The translations under genes and the position numbers were made by a program. From Pelagomonas calceolata (Eukaryota), in assembly GCA_918797485.1 (NCBI GenBank), contig CAKKNE010000004.1, positions 2,294,001 to 2,358,000 on the forward strand: a stretch of DNA of 64,000 nucleotides, read 5' to 3'. Under the pieces are notes generated by a model. It was given only the letters and a program-made list of their open reading frames with translations. It had not been told where the DNA came from and did no database searches. Below are positions 8,039 to 19,076 of this stretch, piece after piece (position 1 is the stretch's first letter; each line of letters starts with the position of its first letter).

Positions 8039-10714
8039 ATGGGCGCCCTCGCCGCCCTCGTCGGCCTCGACGCCGAGCCGGAACCGGCGGCGCCCAAGTT
8101 CGCCGACGCGCAAGCGTTCCTCGACGCGGTCAAGGAACGCTACCCGAAAGGAACAAGAATATACGAGCACTTCAAAATCGCCATGGCGGCCTACGGTGCG
8201 GGGCCTAAAACTACGGCGGCGAAGGAATTGCTCGTGCGCGAGGTGTCGTGCTGCTTCATCACGAGCCCGGACCTGGCGGTGGCCTTCGACGAATTTTATG
8301 GAGCGGCGCTGGGCATGAGCGCGGTGCGCCGGCCGCCGCGCGTCGAGCGGGCCACGTCGCCTATCCAGAGAATTGGAGCAGGGCGCCACGAAATGGGGTC
8401 GCGGTCGAACTCGCCGCGGCCGACGGACGGGTGGGAGCTGGACGCGGAGACGGCGGCGCTCTGCGCCCGCCGGAAGCAGCCGCCGCCCGCGTCCATCCGC
8501 CACCTGGCGGCCGTGGAGAACCGACCGTCGAAGCTCGCGACGGCGATGCGCGTGGCCCTCGGCACGCCCCAGGGCGACTACGAGCGGCCCCGGGCGATCG
8601 CGGCGGCGATGGCCGAGCTCCCTTCTTGTACACCCGCGGCGAAGAACGAGTTGTTTCTCTTGGCGGCGGAGCTGGCCCGGGGCGCGCGGATCGTTACGGC
8701 GCGCTACGACGCGCCGTTTGACCGCGACGACCTCGATCTGAAGAGCGACGAGCGGCTCAAGGTGACGCTCGAAGCCCGGACGTGCCGCTTTCAGTTGGTG
8801 CGCGCCGTCCAGAAGCTGAACGGCTGCGACTGTGGCTCGCTCTCGATGGTGTGTTCGATCGGCCACCAGGGGCAGCCGTTCCTGCTCTTCAAGATCGGCG
8901 GCGGCGACCACAAGGAACCTTCTTCTTACGAGGCGGCGAGCCGGAAAATAACTTTACTGATGACGCGCCTCGGCCTAAAGAGCGCGCGGCACGTCGACCT
9001 GCTGGCCGTGATCCTGGCCGTCGCCGACCCGACGTGCCTCGCGTGGCGCGGGCAGAAGAACTACTTCCGCCCAACCACTCAGTACATCGTGGGCGCCTTC
9101 GTGCGCCTCGGCGCGCTGGAGCCCCTTCACCCAAATGCAGACGAGTGGCTCCTCCAGGCGCTCCACAAGCACGGGGGCGAGGACTGGGACGCGGTCGTCC
9201 GGGACCCGGCCTTCGATGCATTACGACGGGGCCGGAACGTGCCTACGTTGAAAGCGGCGCTCGCGCGGCTCGTGGGCGCGGACCTCGACGTGGCGAAGCC
9301 CCGAACAGCTCCGGCGCCGGCGCCGCCGCCGGCGCCTCTGGTGAATCCGGCCGAGTGGGCCCAGTGCTCGCGGTGCGAGAAGTGGCGCTTGTTGCCCAAG
9401 GGCGTCGCCGCGGCGTCGCTGCCGGATGATTGGAGGTGCGGCGCTCTCAACGTCTCCTGTGAAAAGCCGCAGTGTTCGTTCGAAGAGGACGAGACGTGCC
9501 CCTGCCATACAAGTACAGAGGATATTAGTGTCGTCCTGGTGACGCACGATAATAAAGTGGCGCGCACGTACTGCTCGCCCAATTCAGCAGGTATAGTGTA
9601 CGGTCTCTCCCCCGCGGCCACGCGCGAGTGGTGCCTCGCGGCCAAAGCTACGGGGCGGACGGCTACGTTATGTTTTGCGAAGGACCGACGGCTACTCAGT
9701 AATCCGGTCGACGCGGATTCTAATAGAGTGTGGGCCCTCTTCGAGACGCAAGGGACCGCAGTCCAGAAGTGGTGGGGCGCCACAGTACTAAAAGAGACCG
9801 GCGGCTACGGCGACCAGCGCAAGTACGACGTCGTTTATGACGACGGCTCGCGCGCGACGATCCTGGCGAACACGCTCTTCGCCGCGCCGCCGCCGGGCGT
9901 CCAGATCAAGACGAAGCAGCCGAACCCCAAGGCCGCCAAGCTCCTCAAGCGGCTCAACGCCTGGCACGGGGTCCGCGAGAAGAACGCCGCGAAGAAGGCC
10001 TCGGGGCCGCCCCGCGAGGTCCGCGAGACGCTGGACCGGGTCGTGGCCCACGTCTCGTCTCCTGATGAAGCGCCGTCGGCCGCGGCCGTGGCCTGGAAGG
10101 GGCCGCGCGCCATCTCGCGCCTCGGCGTCGACATGGTCGCCAAGGTGGTGAATGGGGCGCGGCCCGCGGCCAAGCGCGCCGCGCCGCTGGCGCCGGCGCC
10201 AAAGCCGCACGTCGCGTCTGAGACCTCGGCGTGGCTCGCAGTCTGCACCGATCTACTCGCCGCCGTCGGGGGATCGCGGAACGGCATCATGGGCATGCGC
10301 GGCCGGCTCGTGGGTGCCGGCTTCCGCTGCGGCAATCCGGTGGCGGGAAAGTCGTACTACGACATCTCGGTGCCGCTGACCTTTCCCTGCTACTACGACG
10401 TCGCCGGCAAGAACTACACGTCGATGCAGGACGTGATACGATCGAAGCCACAACTCACCAAGTACTTTCAGGGCTGCCTGGCACTGGCTCAAGCCGGTGG
10501 AGCGTACCGCACGGAGTCCGACCGCGAGGGCGAGGCGAGGGCTCCGCCCTCGCGGCGCGTTGGGGTAACACCCAAGCCGACGGCCTGCATCGTCGCGGCG
10601 AGTTTCACGCAGCCGGCCGCGACGCGCTCGAAGCGCAAGGCGACGCCGGAGCCGACGCCTGTCGCGAAGGTCCACAAGGTGACGCCTGTTGAGGCTGCCT
10701 CTTCCTCGCTCTGA
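8039..10714 (+). CDS. Chromatin-reader protein: PAH-like, CHD-type HTH, zf-CW and Tudor-like domains
   Basis: DAQAFLDAVKERY (PAH); DEWLLQALHKHGGEDWDAVVRDP; WAQCSRCEKWRLLP...WRC...SCEKPQ (zf-CW); WWGATV...YDVVYDDG (Tudor-like). Confidence 0.75.
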   Translation: MGALAALVGLDAEPEPAAPKFADAQAFLDAVKERYPKGTRIYEHFKIAMAAYGAGPKTTAAKELLVREVSCCFITSPDLAVAFDEFYGAALGMSAVRRPPRVERATSPIQRIGAGRHEMGSRSNSPRPTDGWELDAETAALCARRKQPPPASIRHLAAVENRPSKLATAMRVALGTPQGDYERPRAIAAAMAELPSCTPAAKNELFLLAAELARGARIVTARYDAPFDRDDLDLKSDERLKVTLEARTCRFQLVRAVQKLNGCDCGSLSMVCSIGHQGQPFLLFKIGGGDHKEPSSYEAASRKITLLMTRLGLKSARHVDLLAVILAVADPTCLAWRGQKNYFRPTTQYIVGAFVRLGALEPLHPNADEWLLQALHKHGGEDWDAVVRDPAFDALRRGRNVPTLKAALARLVGADLDVAKPRTAPAPAPPPAPLVNPAEWAQCSRCEKWRLLPKGVAAASLPDDWRCGALNVSCEKPQCSFEEDETCPCHTSTEDISVVLVTHDNKVARTYCSPNSAGIVYGLSPAATREWCLAAKATGRTATLCFAKDRRLLSNPVDADSNRVWALFETQGTAVQKWWGATVLKETGGYGDQRKYDVVYDDGSRATILANTLFAAPPPGVQIKTKQPNPKAAKLLKRLNAWHGVREKNAAKKASGPPREVRETLDRVVAHVSSPDEAPSAAAVAWKGPRAISRLGVDMVAKVVNGARPAAKRAAPLAPAPKPHVASETSAWLAVCTDLLAAVGGSRNGIMGMRGRLVGAGFRCGNPVAGKSYYDISVPLTFPCYYDVAGKNYTSMQDVIRSKPQLTKYFQGCLALAQAGGAYRTESDREGEARAPPSRRVGVTPKPTACIVAASFTQPAATRSKRKATPEPTPVAKVHKVTPVEAASSSL

Positions 10715-11016
10715 CGAAGGTCGCGCGGCGGGGTTGACGCCGGACTGAGGGGCCCTCCTCCTCTCGCCAGGTAGTATCTGTGCCATAAGATTGTGCCATT
10801 ATAATGGATGAGTGCCGGTGGTATAGCGGAGATGCGAGCACAGCGCGGAGCTTGCGGGTTTTTCACGCTTTTGCGACTTTTGAGCGCGCGCATACGTACC
10901 TTACGGTGGGCGTGAGACGTTGAATCGTCGTTGACAAACGCGACCGCGCAAACGACCTCAATCGGCGGCGTTTACAACTCGTATTGTGCTCGGCGGTTTT
11001 GTGCCAATTGAAAATT

Positions 11017-12189
11017 ATGGAGGCGCTAGAGGCGCTAGGCGGCGAGCCGATGGCGCGGGACCCCGATCGGCGCGTCAGCATCGCGCCGCAGACATCTCGC
11101 TCATTATCAGACTCGACGGCCGAGCTACCACCGCCCGTGACCGTGCTCCCGGCCGTGAGGCGGAGCCGCATCGTGAGCCCGGCGCCTCCGCGCACGCCGC
11201 GGCCTGAAAAGAGCAGCACCACCGGCGATTTCATCGCGACGCTCAAGGCGCGGTACCCCAAGGGCACCGTCGCGCACTCGCGCTTCACGAAGGCACTATC
11301 CATCTACGCGGCGAGCTCCCGCGACGCGGCGGCCGCGCAACTGCTCTCGCAGGAGGTCGGAGACATTTTCGTGGACGAGCCGGGCCTCGCCCGGGCCTTC
11401 CAGTCGTTCTTCGATGAGCCGGGCGCCGACCCGAGGCGCATGTCGCTCGACACCCCGGTCAAGTCGCCGACCCTGCTGGACGTGCTCAACGCCGCGCCGC
11501 CGCCCCTGGGCGCGCGCGTCAACGGCAAAGGCGAGACGGTCGTCCGCTTAAAGGCACCGCCCAAGGCCAAGCCGCCCCAAGACAAGCACAACCTCGTCGG
11601 CCGCGAGGTGCGCAAGCCCTACTCGGAGTGGTGCTATTCCGAATGGCACTTCGGCGACGTCGTGCGCTGCAGCAGGCCGGGCCACTACGTCATCGCCTGG
11701 GACGAGCGGACCGGCCCCGAGACGTACGACACACGTCAAGTCATCACGATGCTCTCGCCCGATAGTGATGAGATCACCGACGCAGTACAATACCGCGAGA
11801 AGTACGAGGCGTTTCCGGTCGGGACGCGCGTCGAGGTCTGGTGGAGCGAGTCCGGCAACCCCGAGGATGGTGGGTGGTGGGACGCCGTCGTCTCATACGC
11901 CGGCGACGTCTACGAGGTCGAGTGGATCGACGACCCGGGCGTCTTCCACCGCGCGGACTTTCAGGCCGTCCGGGCGCCGGGATCGTCCCCCGCCCGCGGT
12001 GCCGCGCCGAAGAAGGCCCCCGTATGGTCGCCCAACGCGCGCGCCGCGCCGGCGGCCTCCTACGCCATGCTCGGGTTCGGTCAGCCCGCGGCACCCGAGC
12101 AGAATTCCGAGCAGGCGCCGCCGCCGGCGACCGGCTCCGGCCGCGCGGCCAAGCAAGAGGCGGCGCGGCGCATCCGCGAGCAGTCGTAG
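11017..12189 (+). CDS. PAH-like plus tandem Tudor-like domain protein
   Basis: FIATLKARYPKGT...LARAFQSFF matches the neighbour's PAH-like segment; LVGREVRK..HFGDV..YVIAWDE and FPVGTRVEVWW..WWDAVV..YEVEW. Confidence 0.7.
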   Translation: MEALEALGGEPMARDPDRRVSIAPQTSRSLSDSTAELPPPVTVLPAVRRSRIVSPAPPRTPRPEKSSTTGDFIATLKARYPKGTVAHSRFTKALSIYAASSRDAAAAQLLSQEVGDIFVDEPGLARAFQSFFDEPGADPRRMSLDTPVKSPTLLDVLNAAPPPLGARVNGKGETVVRLKAPPKAKPPQDKHNLVGREVRKPYSEWCYSEWHFGDVVRCSRPGHYVIAWDERTGPETYDTRQVITMLSPDSDEITDAVQYREKYEAFPVGTRVEVWWSESGNPEDGGWWDAVVSYAGDVYEVEWIDDPGVFHRADFQAVRAPGSSPARGAAPKKAPVWSPNARAAPAASYAMLGFGQPAAPEQNSEQAPPPATGSGRAAKQEAARRIREQS

Positions 12190-12249
12190 GAAGATACTGT
12201 ATACTACTTACTATAATAGATATGGCGCCTCGCCTCCCGATATATCTCC

Positions 12250-15090
12250 TCACTCACTGGAGATGGCCTCGGGCTTCACTGGGACCGGTACCGGCGGCAT
12301 CGTGGCGTCGGCGTCGTCCGCGCCGACGTCGACGACGTCGCCGCGCGCCTCGGCGAGGCGCTCGCGCTCCCGGAGGAGCTCCTCGGCGGACTTCTGCGGG
12401 CCGATCTCGAGGTCGTCCGCCTCGGCATTCGCCGTCCTATACTCCTCGAGCGCCTTCGAGAGTGCGGCCGCGACCGACGCCGCGTCGGGCGCCGCCTCGG
12501 CGCCGACCTCGTCTAGTGGGTCGCCCGACGCCATGACGCGCTCGTTCACGGCGCGCTTCCGCGCCGCCAGGTCCAGGATGTCCCTATCGACCGTTCCCTC
12601 CGCGACGAGGCGGTACACGTCGACGGGCTTCGTCTGTCCTATGCGGTGCGCTCTGTCTTCGGCCTGGCGGTCGATCTCCGGATTAAAGTCGACGTCGTGG
12701 ATCACGACGGCGTCGGCGCCCGTCAGGTTGATGCCCAGGCCGCCCGCGCGCGTCGAGAGCAGGAATATCTTCGCGGACGACGTGCCGTCGTTGAACGCGG
12801 CGACCATGCCCTGGCGCTCCGCGATGGGCGTGTTGCCGTCCAGCCGACACGTGCCCAGGTCCAGATCATTACATAATTCGACCATCAAATCCAGCAGCCG
12901 CGTCCACTGCGAGAACAGCAGCACGCGCCGGCCCTGCGTCCGCACCAAATCGGGCAGCAACGTCCTCAATTCCTTGAACTTCGCCGACTCGTACAAGACT
13001 TCAGGCTTCAGGCACAGGTCCCTTAACCCCGGCATCGACGCCTCCGCACAAATGCAGTGGATGCTGAAGTCATCGTAACTCTCAAGTTCGCTCGTGACGC
13101 GGCTCAGGTCGGCCTGGGCCCCGAAGAAGCCCGCGTAGACGCACTCCCGGGCGACGCGAGCGCGCTGCTCGTCCGTGTACTTGTCGAGCTTGAGTAATAA
13201 CGGATGGTTCGCCGCCTTGCGCAGCGCCGTGAACAGGTGCTGGTCGCTGCCGTACTCCTTCGTCTTCCCGACGACGCTGAGGTAGGCCTTGCGCTGTTTC
13301 GAATCGAGCTCGACCGACCTGATGTGCGACGTCTTCGGCGGCAGCGACTGCAGCACGTCCTGCTTCACCCGCCGCAGACAAAACGGCGCCAGCAGCTCCC
13401 TTAGTTTCTTCACGCCTCCGACCGAGTCCATGGCCGCGATGACCTCCTCGAGCCGGTCCGTCACGCGGCAGTCTCGAAATAGATCGGGCATCAGGAATAG
13501 TAGTAAAGAGAGTAGATCGAGCGGCCGGTTCATGATCGGCGTGCCCGATAATACGGTCCGCGACCGCGCCCCTAACCGACGTAAGTGGCGGCTCCGCGAC
13601 GCGTCCGGGTTCCTTAGGTTGTGACCCTCATCTAATACGACGTGGGCCCAGGGCGCGTTACTACGAAAAAAGGCTCGGTCCTCCTCGCAGGCCTCGCGCT
13701 CCCACCACGTGTAGGTCGTGAGGATGACGTGCGCGTTTCGCACGTCGCGGTCCGCCCGCAAGTGTGCTCTTTCTTGCTGCGAGCCGTGGTAGACGACGAC
13801 GCGCTTCTCGTAGGGCGCCCATCTTGAAAACTCGCGCTGCCAGTTTCCTAAAGTAGACGCCGGCACCACGACGACGTCCCGGCCGTCGTAGCCCGGGTCC
13901 TGCGCCAGTTTTCTCGCCCTTGACGCCGCCAAATAAGCGATGGTCTGGATCGTCTTGCCCAGGCCCATGTCGTCGGCCAGGACGCCGTTCGCGCCGACGC
14001 GCTCCAGTAATAACAACCAGTTCACGCCGACGATCTGGTGCGGCCGTAGCTTCAGGTCCGGCCCGCAGCACCGTTTTACCTCATTCTGGTCCAGCGGCTT
14101 AAAATCTGTGGAACTAGTGGAGGAGACCATCTCGCCGGCACACAACGCGCCGTGCCGCGTCGACGACGCTAGACCGGCCGACCTCAGCTCCGTGATCAGC
14201 TTCGCCGCGTACGCGCCGCACTCACTTAATAATCTTTCAGCCCTTTTGTGCGCCGCGTCGTCGTCCTCCTCTTCATCATCCGACGTCCGGTGACCGTCGC
14301 TCAAATCCCCCGCGAGGTCTACATGCTGCTCGCGCTCCACATCAATAATCGGCTCGCGCTCGACGTCGATAATCTCGGGCGACACGCGCGGCGGCTGGAC
14401 CACGACGCGCGGCGTCCGCTCCCGGGGCTTGCCCGCGCGCTTGCGCGCCGCGAGAGCGTCCAGCTTCGACTTCCTATCATCAGCAACGACCTCGACGTCA
14501 GAACCCGAGTCGCTCGGCAGCGACTGCATCTCGTCCTCCTCGGAATCGTCGTCCGTGTCGCCCAGGTACTCCGCTTCTTCTTCCTCTTCCTCCTCGCTCT
14601 CCTCGGCGAAGGCGCCGCGCCGCTTCTTCGGCGGGGGCTTTTTGGTTTTCGAGGCCTTCTCCCGGGCCAGGTGCGCCGCGCCCTTCCGCGCGTTGCGCCG
14701 CACTTCGGCGTCGGTCTTTGGCTTGCTCATCCACGGCGTGGGTTCCTCTTCCTCCTCCTGGTACGCGAACTTCGCGAACGGCGCGACGTTGCTCTTCTTG
14801 TTGCCCGTCGCCTCGGGGATCAGCGAGTCGCGGCCGCCGTCGTCGTCGTCGTCGCTGCTCTCTTCAATAATGCGGCGCTTCTTCTTCGGCTGGTTCTTCT
14901 CTCGCTCCAGCCGCTCGGCCTCTTCTAGCCGCGCCTGGGCTTGTTTGTAGCGCGCCTCGATGTCCCGCTTCTCGAGGAGGTCCGCCGTCGCGAGACCCGC
15001 GCTGCGAATGACCTCCTTCATGGTCTTGATGGAGACCTTGGTGGGCTCCGTCTCCATCGCTGTCGGCGGGTGCGGCGCCGCGGGTTCCAT
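12250..15090 (-). CDS. SMARCAD1: SNF2-family chromatin remodeller, SMARCAD1/Fun30/ETL1-like
   Basis: GVLADDMGLGKTIQ, DEGH, LSGTPIMN, LRKAANHPLL, FSQWT, LLSTRAGGLGINL, DRQAEDRAHRIGQ. Confidence 0.85.
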   Translation of the reverse strand: MEPAAPHPPTAMETEPTKVSIKTMKEVIRSAGLATADLLEKRDIEARYKQAQARLEEAERLEREKNQPKKKRRIIEESSDDDDDGGRDSLIPEATGNKKSNVAPFAKFAYQEEEEEPTPWMSKPKTDAEVRRNARKGAAHLAREKASKTKKPPPKKRRGAFAEESEEEEEEEAEYLGDTDDDSEEDEMQSLPSDSGSDVEVVADDRKSKLDALAARKRAGKPRERTPRVVVQPPRVSPEIIDVEREPIIDVEREQHVDLAGDLSDGHRTSDDEEEDDDAAHKRAERLLSECGAYAAKLITELRSAGLASSTRHGALCAGEMVSSTSSTDFKPLDQNEVKRCCGPDLKLRPHQIVGVNWLLLLERVGANGVLADDMGLGKTIQTIAYLAASRARKLAQDPGYDGRDVVVVPASTLGNWQREFSRWAPYEKRVVVYHGSQQERAHLRADRDVRNAHVILTTYTWWEREACEEDRAFFRSNAPWAHVVLDEGHNLRNPDASRSRHLRRLGARSRTVLSGTPIMNRPLDLLSLLLFLMPDLFRDCRVTDRLEEVIAAMDSVGGVKKLRELLAPFCLRRVKQDVLQSLPPKTSHIRSVELDSKQRKAYLSVVGKTKEYGSDQHLFTALRKAANHPLLLKLDKYTDEQRARVARECVYAGFFGAQADLSRVTSELESYDDFSIHCICAEASMPGLRDLCLKPEVLYESAKFKELRTLLPDLVRTQGRRVLLFSQWTRLLDLMVELCNDLDLGTCRLDGNTPIAERQGMVAAFNDGTSSAKIFLLSTRAGGLGINLTGADAVVIHDVDFNPEIDRQAEDRAHRIGQTKPVDVYRLVAEGTVDRDILDLAARKRAVNERVMASGDPLDEVGAEAAPDAASVAAALSKALEEYRTANAEADDLEIGPQKSAEELLRERERLAEARGDVVDVGADDADATMPPVPVPVKPEAISSE

Positions 15091-15273
15091 CGCTGCGGCG
15101 CGCGTACGCGGCGAGGCGAATGCGCTTGAGACCGGTCCTCCTGGACACTGAGCGCTGCGGTTACGCACGCGCAGCGCGACAGCAATGCAGCGCAGCACTT
15201 TGCTGTGCTCAGCCACCTCCACAGCGCACCGATGGGCGAGCTAAAGCGACTGACAAGACGCGCCAAATTAACT

Positions 15274-15293
15274 CTAGCGCCGTAAGACACTAG
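15274..15293 (+). promoter_or_regulatory. CTAG-bracketed upstream motif copy
   Basis: CTAGCGCCGTAAGACACTAG, between divergent SNF2 and cyclase genes. Confidence 0.7.
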
Positions 15294-15573
15294 CAGTTTG
15301 AACGCGATGGTCCAAAGGCGTAGAAATTGCGTTCATAGCCGTCACGCCGCGCCGCGAGGCCAAGCACGCCCTCCCGAACAACCGTGCGGGGCGAGCTTGC
15401 TACAAGGTACATGTGATCAGGGAGACGCCTTGCATTCGACGCGCACGGCTGCCCACCGCAGCGCCGGTTGCAGCGCGCGTGGTCCCGACGGCGCGCGCCC
15501 GCCCGCGCGCAGCGCCGACGCCGCGCGGACGCGCCCGCGACGACTGAACACCACAGGAGGGACATAGGCAAAG

Positions 15574-18494
15574 ATGATGCGCGCGACGCTGACGCGCAAG
15601 AGTCAAAAGGCCGAGGCGCGGCGCCGCTCCTCGAAGATCTGGAGCGACCTCGAAACATTAAGAGAGGAGCGGCGCCAGTCCAAGGCCGCGCCGACGACGA
15701 AGAGAGAACGCGTCCTCGAGCAACTACGAGCGAGGTCCCTGGCGGTCTGCGAATCCTCAAAATTCATGACCTTCATGACCGTGCTGACGCTCTACGCTTT
15801 ATTTGGGGACGACGCGAAGCTGTGTCTGGCCGATAGCACCGCGGACGATGCCTTCGTCGTGGCCGCAATCATGTGCATCATCTTCTTCGGCGTCGAGATC
15901 GTGCTGCAGTGCTTCGCCTACGCGTGGTACTTCCGGGGCTTTTATTTTTGGGTGGACCTCGCTTCCACTCTCAGTATCCTTACTGAGATTCCCGCGGTGA
16001 TGGCGGAGGTCGCCATACTAGTCGGTGGGAGCGGCGGCGAGAGCGCCGAGATGCTCAAGGCGGGCAAGGTCTTGCGCGGCGTCCTCGTGCGATCTTCTGA
16101 CCTTTCTGCGACGTTCGTTCGATTCCGGGGCCGTTCGGACCGCGCCGCGATGCCGTCGCCGCGACGCCTCGACGTCGTCGCACGGCATTCCCGTCACTCC
16201 GCGGCCGTTAGAGAGTGTACAAGAGCCTCGGATCGAAGCCTCACGCGTCACCCACGCAGGCTGGAAGGGTCGGTACCAAAGCGACAAAAATAATTAGGAT
16301 CGTACGTTTAGTAAGGATGGTCCGCGTCGTCAAATTATACAGGATGACGGGCGACGTCGACGAGCTACGCAGAGATGATTCTTCATTGGAGCCTTCTTCT
16401 GTCGGCAAAAAATTAACTGAGAGACAAACCGTAAGGTTAATAAGCATGATGCTGTCCATGATATTGGTGCTGCCCTGGTTGTATACGGATTCGTTATTGG
16501 ACAACGCGCACAACTTCCAGCACGACTTCCTCAAGCATCTCCACCAGTACCCGCAGGCATACAACTTTAGTGGAGGTATTTCTGTGGAAGACTTCCGGGA
16601 GCAGGTCCGGTTCTATGGAAGGGAGTCGTACGAATTGGGCTATCCTCTAGCCTACCTCGAAGTGTGCGAACCCCAACCTTCAGATGGTAGATGGTCGTCG
16701 TGCCGGAGCAACGGTCATATAAATGTATTTGAACACTCTGAGCTGAGAAGCTGGTTAACCGAAGGTGATCAGAAATGGAGTTCATTAGTGACGAACCCCG
16801 TCAATGGGCTTGACAAGCCGGGGGTCAGCGGCGCGAGAAGGCGAGCGCGGAACGTGTTATTGAAGCGCCTGAAGCATAGAGATATGGAGTACTTTGTAGC
16901 AAGTGTTGTCGGTTGTTATAATGCCTCAGCACAGATCATGGATGGTTTCCTTACGAGAGAACCGACGAAGATATCCGAATCAACAGCAGGCGGCGCGTTG
17001 GGCCGCGGCGCGCGATGTGATGTGCATGGGAACTGCAAGAAACCGGCCGAGAAGTTTGATGATTATCGTTCAAAAATGGAGCAGCCCACTTGTGTCAGTA
17101 CGGCGGCTTTCTCCTTACGGTCGCAAACTAGACTGTTGGCTGGTCTGCAATTAGTGAAGACCTTTGTGATTATGCTCCTCATTGTGGGTGGCAGTGTAGC
17201 CTTCAACGCCGACGCCCAGGTCTATGTCATCGGTCCCATCGAGCGGATGATGGCTCTCGTCGAGAAACTGTCAGAAAATCCATTAGGTGCTACACACCTA
17301 GACCTCACCTATGATGACGACAAAAAGGTGAGGGACCAAGGCTACGAGACCGTATTGTTGGAACAGACGCTGGAGCGAGTCGGCGAGTTATTACAAGTGG
17401 GGTTTGGGGCCGCCGGAGCCGAAATCATCGGGAAGAACATGGCCGTGCACTCGTCCTTGAATCCGATGGTGCCGGGTAAAAAAATAACGGCCATCTACGG
17501 CTTTTGTGACATTCGGCGGTTCACGGACACGACGGAGTGCCTGCAGGAGGACGTCATGGCCTACGTGAATCGACTTGGTAGTTTAGTGCACGGCTCTGCT
17601 CACAGTTATTTCGGTGCCGCGAACAAAAATGTCGGCGACGCCTTCTTGGTGTCGTGGAAATTGTGCGATGGCGAACTAAGTGGTTTTTCGTCCTTTGACG
17701 ATCAAGCGTCGGAAGAACAGAGATTGAAGGCTAATCAAGATATAAAGTGCTCGATCGGCAAGGGGCGGAAAGTGTCTCCATCTCAATTGGCCGACGCGGC
17801 CATCTGTTCATTTTTAAGATGCCAATTAGATTTGGAAGAGGCGAATCGCGAGGGCGAGCTCCGGGAGTACTCTCAACGGCCGTCCGTGCAACAACGGTTC
17901 GGGAATGGGTTCGCCGTCAAAATGGGCTTCGGCATGCACGTGGGCTGGGCCGTCGAGGGCGCTATTGGTTCGTCTTTGAAGATTGATGCCACTTATCTAA
18001 GTCCGCATGTGGAGATGAGTGATCGGCTCGAGGCCGCGTCGAAGGTCTTTGGCACGCCCCTCAATTTGTCGCATTGGCTGCGGAACTTGGCCTCACCGTC
18101 ATTATCTGCCGTAACTAGACCGGTGGCGCGCTTAAAAGCCGACGGCGTGTCCTCTCCCTTCGACGTGTTTGCGTTAGATGTTACCGACAGGGTGTCGAAC
18201 TTTGGGCGCCAGTTCTGCGACGCCGAAGATTCGAAGGGCGACTTCGTGGACTGGGCCCACGCCGACGTCTTGAAGGTGCAGGCGTCGCTCCACCCCTTGT
18301 TCCGGTCGACGTGGAAGCAGGGCTACGAGGCGTTTTTGAAAGGCGACTGGGCTCTGGCGCGAAAGATGTTTGCGGAGGCGGCCCGCCTCAAGCCGGGCGA
18401 CGGGCCCGCCGCCTACCTCCTGTCTGTCATGGCGCGTTACAACAACGCGCCGCCGGCCGGCTGGGACGGCGCGCACGTCCTCGACGGCTTCTAG
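15574..18494 (+). CDS. Ion-channel-fused class III adenylyl cyclase (protist AC-alpha type), 2 exons (15574-16068, 16260-18494)
   Basis: TM S1-S4 with IRIVRLVRMVRVVKLY; FCDIRRFT, NKNVGDAF, GFGMHVGWAVEGAIGS..KID; C-terminal TPR-like helix. GT-AG intron 16069-16259 joins the frames (AGK|AGR). Confidence 0.88.
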
Positions 18495-18719
18495 AACAAC
18501 ATATCCCCTCCCCCTGTTCCTCCCCTTGTAGACCCCTGTGCCTCGTCTAAGATGTGTCTGCTATCTTGCTTGTGCGGCTTTTTTTCAGCCTGCGCGGACC
18601 AGGCCTACCACCGAGGTATGAGGTACTTTACCGATACCTTACCGGGCCGCGGGCGCAGCTTAAAAACGCGAGCTTAGAAATCGCTGCCTTGAGCGCATCG
18701 CTGCGTCTTCGGACCCGCG

Positions 18720-18835
18720 CTTGCAAGGACGCGGCCAGCATAACGCCATCGACGCGTCGCCGCAGCATCTCAGATTTCTGCCTTGCAGAGAAGTGGCCAG
18801 CAAAACGCCATCGACGCGCCGCGGCAGCAATCAGA
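18720..18835 (+). repeat. Tandem 62-bp duplication in a 5' leader
   Basis: ggccagcataacgccatcgacgcgtcgccgcagca (18733) versus ggccagcaaaacgccatcgacgcgccgcggcagca (18795). Confidence 0.8.
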
Positions 18836-18852
18836 CCACCACCAGCCTTGCG

Positions 18853-19068
18853 ATGCCGGACGCCGAGGCCATCCGCCGGCGTTTTGACAAAATAAACTAC
18901 GAGGAGCCCAAGACGGCCGAAGACCACCCTTATGTAGCGGCGTGCCTCCTCTTCGTTTTTGTCTTCTTCTTCGTCTCGGTGCTGAGCACGTTCCTGAACT
19001 CGTCGGCGCAGTACCAGAAAGAGCTCGCCGCGGCGGAGGCCAGGAAGAAGGCGAAGAAGGACGAGTGA
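18853..19068 (+). CDS. 71-aa single-pass membrane protein
   Basis: ATG 18853; hydrophobic YVAACLLFVFVFFFVSVL; basic tail; typical GC3-rich codons. Confidence 0.6.
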   Translation: MPDAEAIRRRFDKINYEEPKTAEDHPYVAACLLFVFVFFFVSVLSTFLNSSAQYQKELAAAEARKKAKKDE

Positions 19069-19076
19069 GCCCACTG

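Noticed and set aside
16060..16268. gcgggcaag / gctggaagg as an introner TSD with a GC donor
   Set aside because: No TIRs; a canonical GT donor at 16069 gives a sensible AGKAGRVG sequence.
4268..18494. CNBD channel plus adenylyl cyclase as a functional cluster
   Set aside because: Separated by four unrelated genes; proximity alone is not evidence in a eukaryote.
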